Made by a program: the position numbers and the translations under genes. From Erysipelotrichaceae bacterium (GTDB lineage Bacteria; Bacillota_I; Bacilli_A; RFN20; CAG-826), in contig SVAY01000001.1 of NCBI GenBank assembly GCA_015059185.1, forward strand, positions 3,252 to 67,251: 64,000 bases of DNA. Direction: 5' to 3'. Of the stretch, positions 17,436 through 26,633 are shown piece after piece; the stretch's first letter is position 1; each line of letters opens with the position of its first letter. Below the pieces are notes generated by a model. It made no database searches. It was not told the DNA's origin and was given only the letters and a program-made list of their open reading frames with translations.

Positions 17436-18824
17436 TCAACTTAATGAATATTTCTTCCAAGGATTCACAAACGTATATCCATATTTATTTCTTTTAATGA
17501 ATATAAATGTAAGGGAAATAATCATGGTTAAAGCGTCAGAAAACAACAATGATAACCATATACCATCTACCCCAAATATAAGAGGAAGAGTAAACACAAA
17601 TATAATCTGGAAGATAAGTGTGCGGCAGAAAGAAATAATCGCACTTATAAGTCCATTGTTAAGTGAAGTAAAGAAGGATGAACCAAATATCGCAAACCCC
17701 GCGAAGAAATAGCATATAGATATCACTCTCATCGCGTGTACTGTAAGTTCTAATAAATCAGGATAGTTACTTACAAATATCATCGCAAGAGGTCTAGCAA
17801 ACAAATAAGAGAGGAGACTCATTGTTACACCCGTACCCGCGATTATTAATAAACTTTTAGAAAGGATATTAGATAACTCTTCTCTATTACCGCTGCCGTG
17901 GTTATACGCAACTAAAGGAGCAATACCTACTGTATAACCCAAAAATAAAGAGAAGAAGATAAAGGACACGTAAGCAATGATGCCATACGCTGATACGCCA
18001 TCTTCACCAATAAATTTTAGTAGTTGAATATTAAAGATAATGTTCACGATATTCCCGCTCGCATTAGTGATAAATTCGCTACTCCCATTAGTCATACTTT
18101 TTAAGATATCTTTAGGACGCCAGAATGGCATACCAAGTCTAATTAAGTTATGTTTATTAAATCTAAAATATAAATATGGTCCAACACTTGATATGAACAT
18201 ACCAGTTAAGGAAGCAGAGGCAGCACCTATAACTCCAAAATGACCAACACCAATTAATAAATAATCTAATAGCATATTGGTAAGCCCACTTACTAATGTG
18301 AATAAGAAGCCAGTAAAGCTTTTCTCGTTTACCGAAAAGAATGGGTGAAAATATCCTTGCATGATATATAAAGAAACACCACCAATCATGATGCGTCCAT
18401 ACATCGTTGCAGCATCTATCATTCTTTCTGTCGTGTGGACTGAATTGATCTTAGCAAAACCTTCAGCAATTGGTCTTACTAAAAAGAAGAAAGCGATACT
18501 TAAAACAATACCGATAATAAATGTTGTATAGGTGATCAAAGAGAACGTTTTATTTGCTTTATCAACATCACCCTCACCAAGCCTTTTTCCCACAAGTGCC
18601 GCTCCTCCTGCACCGAACATAAATCCAACACAAGCAACAATCATGATAATTGGGAATATTAAATTAACACCCGCGAATTCATTACTACCAGCAAAGTTAG
18701 AAATAAAGAAACCATCAACAATCCAATAGATAGAAGTAAAAAGCATCATTAATATTGGAGAGATAGTAAACCTAAACAGTTTTCTAAATGTGAAATGGTC
18801 GTATAAATGTATCTTTTCTTTCAT
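17436..18824 (-). CDS. MATE family efflux transporter
   Basis: 12-TM protein with MATE-like repeats. The ORF-track start at 18896 sits within the terminator region, so the internal ATG at 18824 (MKEKIH...) is preferred. Confidence 0.7.
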   Translation of the reverse strand: MKEKIHLYDHFTFRKLFRFTISPILMMLFTSIYWIVDGFFISNFAGSNEFAGVNLIFPIIMIVACVGFMFGAGGAALVGKRLGEGDVDKANKTFSLITYTTFIIGIVLSIAFFFLVRPIAEGFAKINSVHTTERMIDAATMYGRIMIGGVSLYIMQGYFHPFFSVNEKSFTGFLFTLVSGLTNMLLDYLLIGVGHFGVIGAASASLTGMFISSVGPYLYFRFNKHNLIRLGMPFWRPKDILKSMTNGSSEFITNASGNIVNIIFNIQLLKFIGEDGVSAYGIIAYVSFIFFSLFLGYTVGIAPLVAYNHGSGNREELSNILSKSLLIIAGTGVTMSLLSYLFARPLAMIFVSNYPDLLELTVHAMRVISICYFFAGFAIFGSSFFTSLNNGLISAIISFCRTLIFQIIFVFTLPLIFGVDGIWLSLLFSDALTMIISLTFIFIKRNKYGYTFVNPWKKYSLS

Positions 18825-18892
18825 ACAAAAAGATACTTTATCAAAAGAAATAATAGATTGCATCAATTTATAATAATGGGGATTAGGAAGTA

Positions 18893-18922
18893 ACAAAAAA
18901 ACGCGATTTTTACGCGTTTTTC
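18893..18922. terminator. Bidirectional terminator (after metG on the minus strand)
   Basis: aaaaaaacgcgatttttacgcgttttt hairpin with flanking A and T runs. Confidence 0.6.
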
Positions 18923-18941
18923 GTTCTAAATTTAGAATATT

Positions 18942-20534
18942 TTATTTATTTTCGTTCATTAATGATTGGATGAACTCAATCTCAACTTTAGCGTCAAGTC
19001 TTGGGAAGAGTTGTTCCGCTTTATTAACTTTCACTCCACCAACACAGCCAAAGTTATAAATGTTTTCATAACTTCTAAGTTCAGTTGGAACATTGAGTTG
19101 ATCAAGAGCTTTTTCTCCAGCAACCACTAACACTGGCTTATATAATGTCGCAGCGATGAATATTGCGTTAGCAAGGTGATTCATCACACTTGCTAATTCT
19201 TCTTTCTTAGATTCATCTTTAGCGAGGACCCAAGGTGTAGTTTCATCAATATATTTATTCGTTCTATTAACGATTTCATTAACAAAGGTGATGGCTTCAG
19301 TGATTCTAAGATCATCTAAAGCGTTTTCGTATTGAGAGATGGATGTTTTAATGAATGACTCAAGCGCTCCATCAAATTCAGTAACCTGACCCTTATATTC
19401 TGGGATGTTGCCATCGAAATATTTATTCATCATACCGATGGTACGGTTGAGTAAGTTGCCAAATGAGTTAGCGAGGTCAGCATTAATTCTTTCTACGAAT
19501 TGTTCAGGAGAGAAGCTACCATCATTTCCAAACACCACTTCTCTAGCAAGGTAATATCTCACCGCGTCAACACCATATCTTTCAACAAGTGGGTATGGAT
19601 CAACAACATTGCCTTTGGATTTAGACATCTTAGAGTCTCTCATCATAAGTAAACCATGGATAAATTCTCTATCTGGTTTTCTAATTCCAAGAGCTTCTAA
19701 GAACATTGGCCAATAAATCGCATGGAATCTAGTGATATCTGCTCCTAAAATATGAATGGTTTCACATTCTGGGTCTTGCCAGAACTTATTGAATAATTCT
19801 GGATTATCACTACCATAACCCAAGGCGGTGATGTAGTTGGTTAAAGCATCAAGCCAGACATAAACTACGTGCTTTGGGTTTTCTCTCACTGGGATACCCC
19901 AAGAGAAAGATGTTCTAGAAACACATAAATCTTCAAGACCTGGTTTGATAAATGTATTAATCATTTCGTTCTTACGAGATTCAGGCACTAAGAACTTAGG
20001 ATTTTCATCATAGAACTTAAGTAATTTATCGACATACTTATTGGTTCTAAAGAAATATGCTTCTTCCGTCGCTTTTTGAACTGGTCTACCGCAGTCTGGG
20101 CAGATGTGGTCTGGCCCAACTTGAGTATCGGTCCAGAAAGATTCACAAGGAGTACAATACCAACCTTCGTATTTACCAAGGTAAATATCATCGTTCGCTA
20201 ACATCTTTGAGAAGATGTCTTGAACTACTTTGGTGTGTCTTTCTTGGGTGGTTCTAATAAAGTCATCATTAGAGATGTGTAATAAATCCCAAAGCTTATA
20301 GAAACCTTCAACAATCTCATCAACAAATTGTTGTGGTGTTTTACCTGCTGCAGCGGCATTCTTCTCAATCTTCATGCCGTGTTCATCAGCGCCGGTTAAG
20401 AAATAACATTCATAACCTCTTAAACGTTTGTATCTAGCAAATACATCGGTTAAGGTTGTGCAGTAGGCATGACCAATGTGAAGCTTCGCGCTTGGATAAT
20501 AAATTGGTGTAGTAATGTAGAAACGTTTTTTCAT
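18942..20534 (-). CDS. metG: Methionine--tRNA ligase (short form)
   Basis: 530 aa. HIGHAY and KMSKS motifs. Zn-knuckle cysteines. Confidence 0.95.
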   Translation of the reverse strand: MKKRFYITTPIYYPSAKLHIGHAYCTTLTDVFARYKRLRGYECYFLTGADEHGMKIEKNAAAAGKTPQQFVDEIVEGFYKLWDLLHISNDDFIRTTQERHTKVVQDIFSKMLANDDIYLGKYEGWYCTPCESFWTDTQVGPDHICPDCGRPVQKATEEAYFFRTNKYVDKLLKFYDENPKFLVPESRKNEMINTFIKPGLEDLCVSRTSFSWGIPVRENPKHVVYVWLDALTNYITALGYGSDNPELFNKFWQDPECETIHILGADITRFHAIYWPMFLEALGIRKPDREFIHGLLMMRDSKMSKSKGNVVDPYPLVERYGVDAVRYYLAREVVFGNDGSFSPEQFVERINADLANSFGNLLNRTIGMMNKYFDGNIPEYKGQVTEFDGALESFIKTSISQYENALDDLRITEAITFVNEIVNRTNKYIDETTPWVLAKDESKKEELASVMNHLANAIFIAATLYKPVLVVAGEKALDQLNVPTELRSYENIYNFGCVGGVKVNKAEQLFPRLDAKVEIEFIQSLMNENK

Positions 20535-20559
20535 ACAAATGAGTACTCCTTCGTTTTAG

Positions 20560-20583
20560 TAAAAAACCGGCGTGGCCGGTTCT
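20560..20583 (-). terminator. Terminator after rpmE
   Basis: aaccggcgtggccggtt hairpin, followed on the minus strand by a U-run. Confidence 0.55.
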
Positions 20584-20590
20584 TAATTTC

Positions 20591-20803
20591 TTATTTAGAT
20601 TCTTTAATGCCGTATTTCTTGTTGAAGCGATCAACACGTCCGTCAGCTTGAACGTAACGTTGTTTACCGGTGTAGAATGGGTGGCAATTTGAACATGTAT
20701 CAATTCTAATTTCTTTTAAGGTTGAACCTGTTTCGAATGTAGCGCCACAGCTAACACAGGTAACTGTAACACGGTGGTAATCTGGGTGGATTCCTTTTTT
20801 CAT
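20591..20803 (-). CDS. rpmE: 50S ribosomal protein L31 (Zn-binding type)
   Basis: 70 aa. [10 protein letters not shown]..Cxx[12 protein letters not shown]. Confidence 0.95.
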   Translation of the reverse strand: MKKGIHPDYHRVTVTCVSCGATFETGSTLKEIRIDTCSNCHPFYTGKQRYVQADGRVDRFNKKYGIKESK

Positions 20804-20944
20804 TTTTTTCTCCTTCCGCCTTGAATAAATAGCAATTCAAAGTAAGTTTGCTTAATGATATTAACATACATTTAAAAAATTATGCAAATAATTAATAGAT
20901 TATTTCTCTTTTTGCTATAATATATCCAATTTGGAGGACAAGTT

Positions 20945-22345
20945 ATGATCAACAAGAAACTTGCTTTAGACATAATTAATCTATCCTTAGAAACAGGCGC
21001 GGACTATTCTGAAATCTTTTATGAAGATAGCCACTCCCAATCTATTATGGTAGAAAATGGAAAAGTTAACGGATCAACATCTTCGTCATTATGTGGCGTT
21101 GGTTTAAGGCTATTAAAGGGAAATAGGTCAGTATATGGATACACCAACGACCTCAGTAAAAACGGACTGACAAAATTAGCAAAAAATTTAAGTGCGTCAT
21201 TTGATGGTGAACGCATTTTAACAGTTGAAAAATTTGAAGAAATAAAAGTCAAAAATAGAAACCCAATAGTCGATAGTTATGATAACCATAATCTTGAAGA
21301 AAGAATCGCATTAATTAAAGAAGGATTAGATGAAATTGCTTCCATGAACGATCCTCGACTTGTGAGGGTACAAGGCGCAATGACCACTAACCATAGATTT
21401 GTTACTGTATATAACTCAAAAGGTAAATGGTTTAAACGTGATACTGAATTCGGAAGAATGTTTTATATCGTTGTAGCTGCTAACCAAAACGGCATCGAAA
21501 CTGCATTTGAAGGACCTGGCGCTCAACAAGATATTTCTTATTTCAAAAACAAAGTAAATATTAGGAAAATAGCAAGAAAATCTGCAGAAACAGCACTTTT
21601 AATGCTTGATGCAAAAGAATGTCCAAGTGGAAAAATGGATGTTGTTATTGGTAACGGATGGGGCGGAGTTTTATTCCATGAATCTTGTGGCCACCCATTA
21701 GAAGCCAGTGCGGTTTCTAGAAACCTATCACCATTTGCAGGTAAGGTTGGAGAGCTCGTTGCTTCTCCAGTAGTAAGCGCATATGACGACTCCACTATTC
21801 CAGGAGCCTGGGGAAGCATTGATATTGATGATGAAGGTAATCCGGGAGAAAAGAGATTATTAATCAAAGATGGCATCCTTCAAAACTATATGATCGATGA
21901 TTTTAATGGGCGTAGAATGAATAGAGAAGGTAATGGTGCCTGTAGAAGACAAAATTACCGATATTGTCCAACGTCAAGAATGAGTAATACATATATTGCT
22001 AACGGCAAGTCTACTCCAGAAGAAATTATTAAAGCCACAAAACTTGGTCTATACGCTGTTTCATTTAAAGGCGGATCTGTTAATCCTGCTACTGGTGAAT
22101 TCAATTTCGGTTGTAGTGAGGCTTATATCATTAGAGATGGCAAGATTTGTGAACCGGTTAAAGGTGCAACCTTAATTGGTAAGGGCCACGAAATCTTAAA
22201 AGATATTGATATGGTTGGTAACGACCTAGCGTTAGGCGAAGGTATGTGTGGTGCCGCCAGCGGTTCAATTAGAACATGTGTTGGTCAACCAACCTTAAGA
22301 ATTAGAAATATCACCGTCGGTGGAAGAGGAGGAGAATTAAGATGA
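20945..22345 (+). CDS. tldD: TldD family metalloprotease
   Basis: 466 aa. TldD/PmbA fold with HESCGH motif. -10 TATAAT at 20917 and GGAGGA RBS. Confidence 0.85.
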   Translation: MINKKLALDIINLSLETGADYSEIFYEDSHSQSIMVENGKVNGSTSSSLCGVGLRLLKGNRSVYGYTNDLSKNGLTKLAKNLSASFDGERILTVEKFEEIKVKNRNPIVDSYDNHNLEERIALIKEGLDEIASMNDPRLVRVQGAMTTNHRFVTVYNSKGKWFKRDTEFGRMFYIVVAANQNGIETAFEGPGAQQDISYFKNKVNIRKIARKSAETALLMLDAKECPSGKMDVVIGNGWGGVLFHESCGHPLEASAVSRNLSPFAGKVGELVASPVVSAYDDSTIPGAWGSIDIDDEGNPGEKRLLIKDGILQNYMIDDFNGRRMNREGNGACRRQNYRYCPTSRMSNTYIANGKSTPEEIIKATKLGLYAVSFKGGSVNPATGEFNFGCSEAYIIRDGKICEPVKGATLIGKGHEILKDIDMVGNDLALGEGMCGAASGSIRTCVGQPTLRIRNITVGGRGGELR

Positions 22346-23658
22346 AATACGATTACTTCTTTAAATTAGCAAAAGAAAAAGGCATTGAAGAATGTGAACT
22401 TAAAATATATGAAACATATTCTTTATCTTTCTCTTTATTCCATTCCGAAATGGACGACTATCAAGTAAACGATGGCTATTCCATCATTGCTAGAGGTTTA
22501 ATAAATGGTAAATTTGGTTCTGCATCATGCGATGTATGGAACAAAGATAAAGCTGAATTTTTGGTGAGCGAAATCGTTAAAAACGCCAGCGTCATCGAAG
22601 ATGATGATCCAATGTTCATCTATAAAGGTGACGCAAAATATAAAAAAATAAATACATATAATAAAGAATTAATGGACATCCCTGCTAATAAGAAAATTGA
22701 AAAGTTATATGAACTTGAAAAACTTATTAAAGAGGGTGAAAAAATTACCGAAGTTGCAGGTGTTAGTTATAGTGAGACTAGAACCACCAGCACCTTACTT
22801 AATTCACACGGTTTAAAGTTATCTCAAAAGAACAATTACTTCTTCATTATGGGAGAAGCGGTCGCTAAAGAAGGTGACCAAGTAAAAACTGGTTATGACT
22901 TCTTATTTAGTAACGACTTCAATCAAGTTAACCCAAAAGAGCTCGCAGATAAGATTATTGAAGAAACCACATCTCAACTTGGCGGTGAACCTTGTGCGTC
23001 AGGCGATTATCAAGTTGTATTAGACAATAGCTGTGTCGCTTCTCTACTCGGTGCATATTTGTCTAGCGTTGATGCAGAAGAGGTACAAAAACATACTTCC
23101 TTATTTGAAGGTAAACTTAATACCAAGATTGCATCTAACAAATTAACCATTGAAGATAGACCACTTCAAAAAACTTTATTTGGTAGAGGTTTTGATGATG
23201 AAGGTGTTGCAACATACAATAAGCCAATCATCAAAAATGGTGTCTTAATGACATATTTATATAACTTAACCACTGCCGCTAAAGATGGAGTTAAATCTAC
23301 TGGCAACGGATTTGGAGGAGCAAAGATTGGTACATCTCCTGTATTCGTCTATATGAAACCAGGAAAGAAATCATTAGAGGAATTATTCCAAGAAGTTAAT
23401 AACGGGGTTTATATCACCGATATTCAAGGCTTACACGCCGGTTTAGACCCTCAAACAGGTAACTTCTCACTTCAATCAACAGGTTTTTTAATTAAAGATG
23501 GTAAAAAAGATAGACCACTAGACATTATCACCGTTAGTGGTAACTTAATGAAACTATTTAATGATATTAAAACTATCGGTAATGATTCTAAAACCTTTAT
23601 CAGTGCGGTCTCTTGCCCAAGCATAGTTATTAAGAAATTATCCATTGGTGGAAAATAA
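22342..23658 (+). CDS. pmbA: PmbA/TldE family protein (partner of TldD)
   Basis: 438 aa. ATGA overlap with tldD. TldE-like, lacks the HExxxH motif. Confidence 0.8.
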   Translation: MKYDYFFKLAKEKGIEECELKIYETYSLSFSLFHSEMDDYQVNDGYSIIARGLINGKFGSASCDVWNKDKAEFLVSEIVKNASVIEDDDPMFIYKGDAKYKKINTYNKELMDIPANKKIEKLYELEKLIKEGEKITEVAGVSYSETRTTSTLLNSHGLKLSQKNNYFFIMGEAVAKEGDQVKTGYDFLFSNDFNQVNPKELADKIIEETTSQLGGEPCASGDYQVVLDNSCVASLLGAYLSSVDAEEVQKHTSLFEGKLNTKIASNKLTIEDRPLQKTLFGRGFDDEGVATYNKPIIKNGVLMTYLYNLTTAAKDGVKSTGNGFGGAKIGTSPVFVYMKPGKKSLEELFQEVNNGVYITDIQGLHAGLDPQTGNFSLQSTGFLIKDGKKDRPLDIITVSGNLMKLFNDIKTIGNDSKTFISAVSCPSIVIKKLSIGGK

Positions 23659-23696
23659 CTATAACCATTTCATAACCAACTTATTCTATAGCAAAA

Positions 23697-23733
23697 CAAA
23701 AGGACATCTTCCACTAATGGCGATGTCCTTTTT
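23697..23733. terminator. Terminator after pmbA (likely bidirectional)
   Basis: aaaaggacatcttccactaatggcgatgtccttttt. Confidence 0.6.
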
Positions 23734-23746
23734 ATGTGCTTCAATA

Positions 23747-24871
23747 TTATCTAGTTCTTCTATTGTATTCTGGATGATCAATATAGAAGTTTGATTTATT
23801 GATGTACATTCTTTGATCAGCTTCTTGAATAAGTTCTTGAACGGTTTTTACATGTTCTGTTTTACATGCATGACCAACCGCACAGTGATAACCTGTTTCT
23901 ATAATTAATTCATTAAACTTTTTGATGGTTTCAATGATCTCGTCTTTAAAGCATTTAATGCCCAACAATACAAACTCGTCACCACCAACACGATACGCAA
24001 ACATCTTCTTATTTGCGGCTTTTAATATGCATTCTGCAACCTTTTTGAGTGCCTTATCACCTTCAGAGTGACCCAAAGTATCGTTGATACCTTTGAGCCC
24101 ATTCATATCGAATTGAATAACCCCAGTGATATTTTTTTTAAGTTTTTCAACATCAATATAATAAGTCTCACGGTTATATAAACCAGTTGAGGTATCGACC
24201 TGTGTTTTTTCAATGTACAAGAACAAGTAATAAATGAGTAAGCAAGTAACAATTGTAGAACCTAATAAGAAGATATCGTCGTTACTATTAAAGAAAGATT
24301 CGATAACAACAACTACAATGGTAAAAAACGCACAACCTAATACCGTAATGCCTCTAGTAAAACGCTTGTTTTGTAGCATTGACAAAGAAAGGTAAACAAT
24401 CCAAATGATATAAATCGCCGAAATGACGTGCGAAGTGAATCTAAATGGTCCACCCTTTAAGACACACGCCCCGCCTTCAACTGTATAATAAACAACATAA
24501 TCCCTCACCCCAGGAATAAAGCCTAGTAGATAGATTAATGGGTTGATAATAAGTGGAATATAGGAAATAAAAAACCATTTGCTTTTGGTTGACACTGTTC
24601 CACCAAGCAAACCAAACAAATAAACACATATTGGACCTAATGTATATACCCCGATACCCGCGATAAGTGCTCCTGTTGGATTAAGTGATCTAATCGCTAT
24701 TTGTTCAAGCTTCGCGCATATAGCAAGCAAGAAAGCAAAAGAAGATATTAAAATCGCATATAAACTAACTGTTGGGTGTTGCTTATATCGTTGTATAGAA
24801 ATAGTGATCATGACACTAGCTACACAAATTAAAATAAAGTTTTGGACAATAAAATCTTTGAAGTCGTTCAT
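23747..24871 (-). CDS. Membrane-anchored diguanylate cyclase (GGDEF domain)
   Basis: 374 aa. Six or more TM helices, then a GGDEF domain with RVGGDEFVLL active-site motif. Confidence 0.8.
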   Translation of the reverse strand: MNDFKDFIVQNFILICVASVMITISIQRYKQHPTVSLYAILISSFAFLLAICAKLEQIAIRSLNPTGALIAGIGVYTLGPICVYLFGLLGGTVSTKSKWFFISYIPLIINPLIYLLGFIPGVRDYVVYYTVEGGACVLKGGPFRFTSHVISAIYIIWIVYLSLSMLQNKRFTRGITVLGCAFFTIVVVVIESFFNSNDDIFLLGSTIVTCLLIYYLFLYIEKTQVDTSTGLYNRETYYIDVEKLKKNITGVIQFDMNGLKGINDTLGHSEGDKALKKVAECILKAANKKMFAYRVGGDEFVLLGIKCFKDEIIETIKKFNELIIETGYHCAVGHACKTEHVKTVQELIQEADQRMYINKSNFYIDHPEYNRRTR

Positions 24872-24899
24872 TATATTAATTATAAAACAAAAATTAAAA

Positions 24900-26060
24900 T
24901 TATTGTTTTTCTTCTAATAAATATCCTTCCAAGTTCCAAGATGGATGAGCGTCAATTACCCTTTTAAGAGCTTGATTATATAACTTTAACTCAACCTCTT
25001 GACGAGACTTATTCGTGTGTTTATAGGCTCTTAAAACTTTGTTTAAGGCCAATTCTGTTTCGCTTAATGATTTATCAAGCAACCCACTCATTAAGATGTA
25101 CGCTCTAATTGAGGCCATAGAAACATCACTAGAAATCTCTTTTCTTTCTGAATGAGGAACTTCTTTATCATAGAACTCTTGAGCCTCTTCTAATGACTTA
25201 GTCATGATATCAATATAAATCTTCTGGGATTTAGTACGGATATAGGTTTTATTACTAATGGTGTCTTTGCTTGCTAAGATACTATCGATATAAGGAATAG
25301 CTTCCAAGAATTTCTCTTGGTCAAGTAAAGCATAGACCTTGTTTAGATTAAGGTCGGCAGTGAAGTTGGTGATTGTAGTAAATGTTTTAACTTCAACATT
25401 TTTCTCACCATTTTCAATCGCGTGTTGGACTCTAAGAAGTTCATTGAACGCTTCTTTATTTTTTGGGTTACTAACAAGAACCAATCTATATCCATCAGTT
25501 ACTGTATCAACACGGAAAGGCATAATGTTATAGATTAGAATCATAAAGCCAATAACACCTACAACAAGGAAGAAGTACGCTAAATGGGCTAATGTTGATT
25601 CTTTATTTCCTTTAACAATTTGGTTAAGTGCAACAAAAGCAATCAACACTGCAATCACCTCAACTAGGAAGAATAATGTGCCGAACAAAAGGTATGGTGT
25701 TGGGTTAGGTTCTTTTTTCACGTTTTCTTTTGGTTTAATTCTTGTTTCTCCGGTTAAACCTTCAAAATTTGAGAATTTGAATTTAAGTTTTTTGTCTTTT
25801 CTATAAAACATGAATCCAAGAACGTTAACAGATAGTATTTCATATCTTCCAACTTTTGCACCTAGCATGTGTCCTAATTCAAAGAGCAAGGAGTTAAATA
25901 TAACACCTGTTGCAATAGCGCCGATAATGTAGCCAAAGAACACCCCTGTACTAAGTCCACAGTTAGAGGCAAAATCTCTAAGAACTGTGAATCCAAAAAT
26001 AATTGCAAATCCAAAAATTAATAGATAAACAATTAAACCTGACACATCTTCCTTTTTCAT
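24900..26060 (-). CDS. Membrane protein with degenerate M50/site-2-protease-like core (FELGH instead of HExxH; NxxPxxxxDxxxDG present) and C-terminal soluble helical domain
   Basis: 386 aa. LLFELGHMLGAK and NIMPFRVDTVTDG are motifs reminiscent of S2P zincins, but the first His is missing. Confidence 0.35.
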   Translation of the reverse strand: MKKEDVSGLIVYLLIFGFAIIFGFTVLRDFASNCGLSTGVFFGYIIGAIATGVIFNSLLFELGHMLGAKVGRYEILSVNVLGFMFYRKDKKLKFKFSNFEGLTGETRIKPKENVKKEPNPTPYLLFGTLFFLVEVIAVLIAFVALNQIVKGNKESTLAHLAYFFLVVGVIGFMILIYNIMPFRVDTVTDGYRLVLVSNPKNKEAFNELLRVQHAIENGEKNVEVKTFTTITNFTADLNLNKVYALLDQEKFLEAIPYIDSILASKDTISNKTYIRTKSQKIYIDIMTKSLEEAQEFYDKEVPHSERKEISSDVSMASIRAYILMSGLLDKSLSETELALNKVLRAYKHTNKSRQEVELKLYNQALKRVIDAHPSWNLEGYLLEEKQ

Positions 26061-26075
26061 AATAATATTCTCCTT

Positions 26076-26633
26076 TTATTTGTTATTTCTTTCATATTTA
26101 AGCTGGTTTTGCATGTTTACTCTTAAATCTAGTTGATCTAAGAACGCAAATGTTGAAAACAATCCTTCTAAACTTTTGTTCTTGTAATTAGCAAAATAAT
26201 AAAGGATTGAATTTGAATATGCACTAGCATAAAATCTAGCGATATTTTTCTTATTTTGAGAGCCCACCACCTTGCTAATATCATAGGCTCCTAAAAAGTT
26301 CATAATTGCTTGATAACAAGCTCCGTAAAATAGGTCTAAAACAAGGTCTTTTCCAACGCTTGAAATGGTTGCATCTATAAACTTTTCATTGTGTTTATAA
26401 TAGAGATAAATACACGAAATCATCTCTTTAAAAGTTTTAACTTTGTCAATGTCATCTATCTTCTCATCTAGATAGACCAAAGTTAATAAATCATACATAT
26501 CATGAAAGTGATAATAGAATGTTTGTCTATTAACTTTACACCTTCTACATAATGACATAACAGAAATCTCGTCAAGAGGTTTCTCTTGCATCATTTGTTT
26601 TAAAATCGCCGCGAACTTATGTTCTGTCTTCAT
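26076..26633 (-). CDS. TetR-family-like transcriptional regulator
   Basis: 185 aa. N-terminal HTH (ISVMSLCRRCKVNRQTFYYHF). 4-nt overlap with the upstream P-type ATPase gene. Confidence 0.55.
   Translation of the reverse strand: MKTEHKFAAILKQMMQEKPLDEISVMSLCRRCKVNRQTFYYHFHDMYDLLTLVYLDEKIDDIDKVKTFKEMISCIYLYYKHNEKFIDATISSVGKDLVLDLFYGACYQAIMNFLGAYDISKVVGSQNKKNIARFYASAYSNSILYYFANYKNKSLEGLFSTFAFLDQLDLRVNMQNQLKYERNNK

Noticed and set aside
17497-18729. Three small plus-strand ORFs inside the MATE transporter gene
   Set aside because: They are antisense to a membrane protein and are Pro/Ala/Ser-rich artefacts.
20535-20590. T-box leader upstream of metG
   Set aside because: The gap is only about 56 nt and is fully explained by the rpmE terminator hairpin plus the metG RBS. 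There is no AGGGTGGNACCGCG T-box motif.
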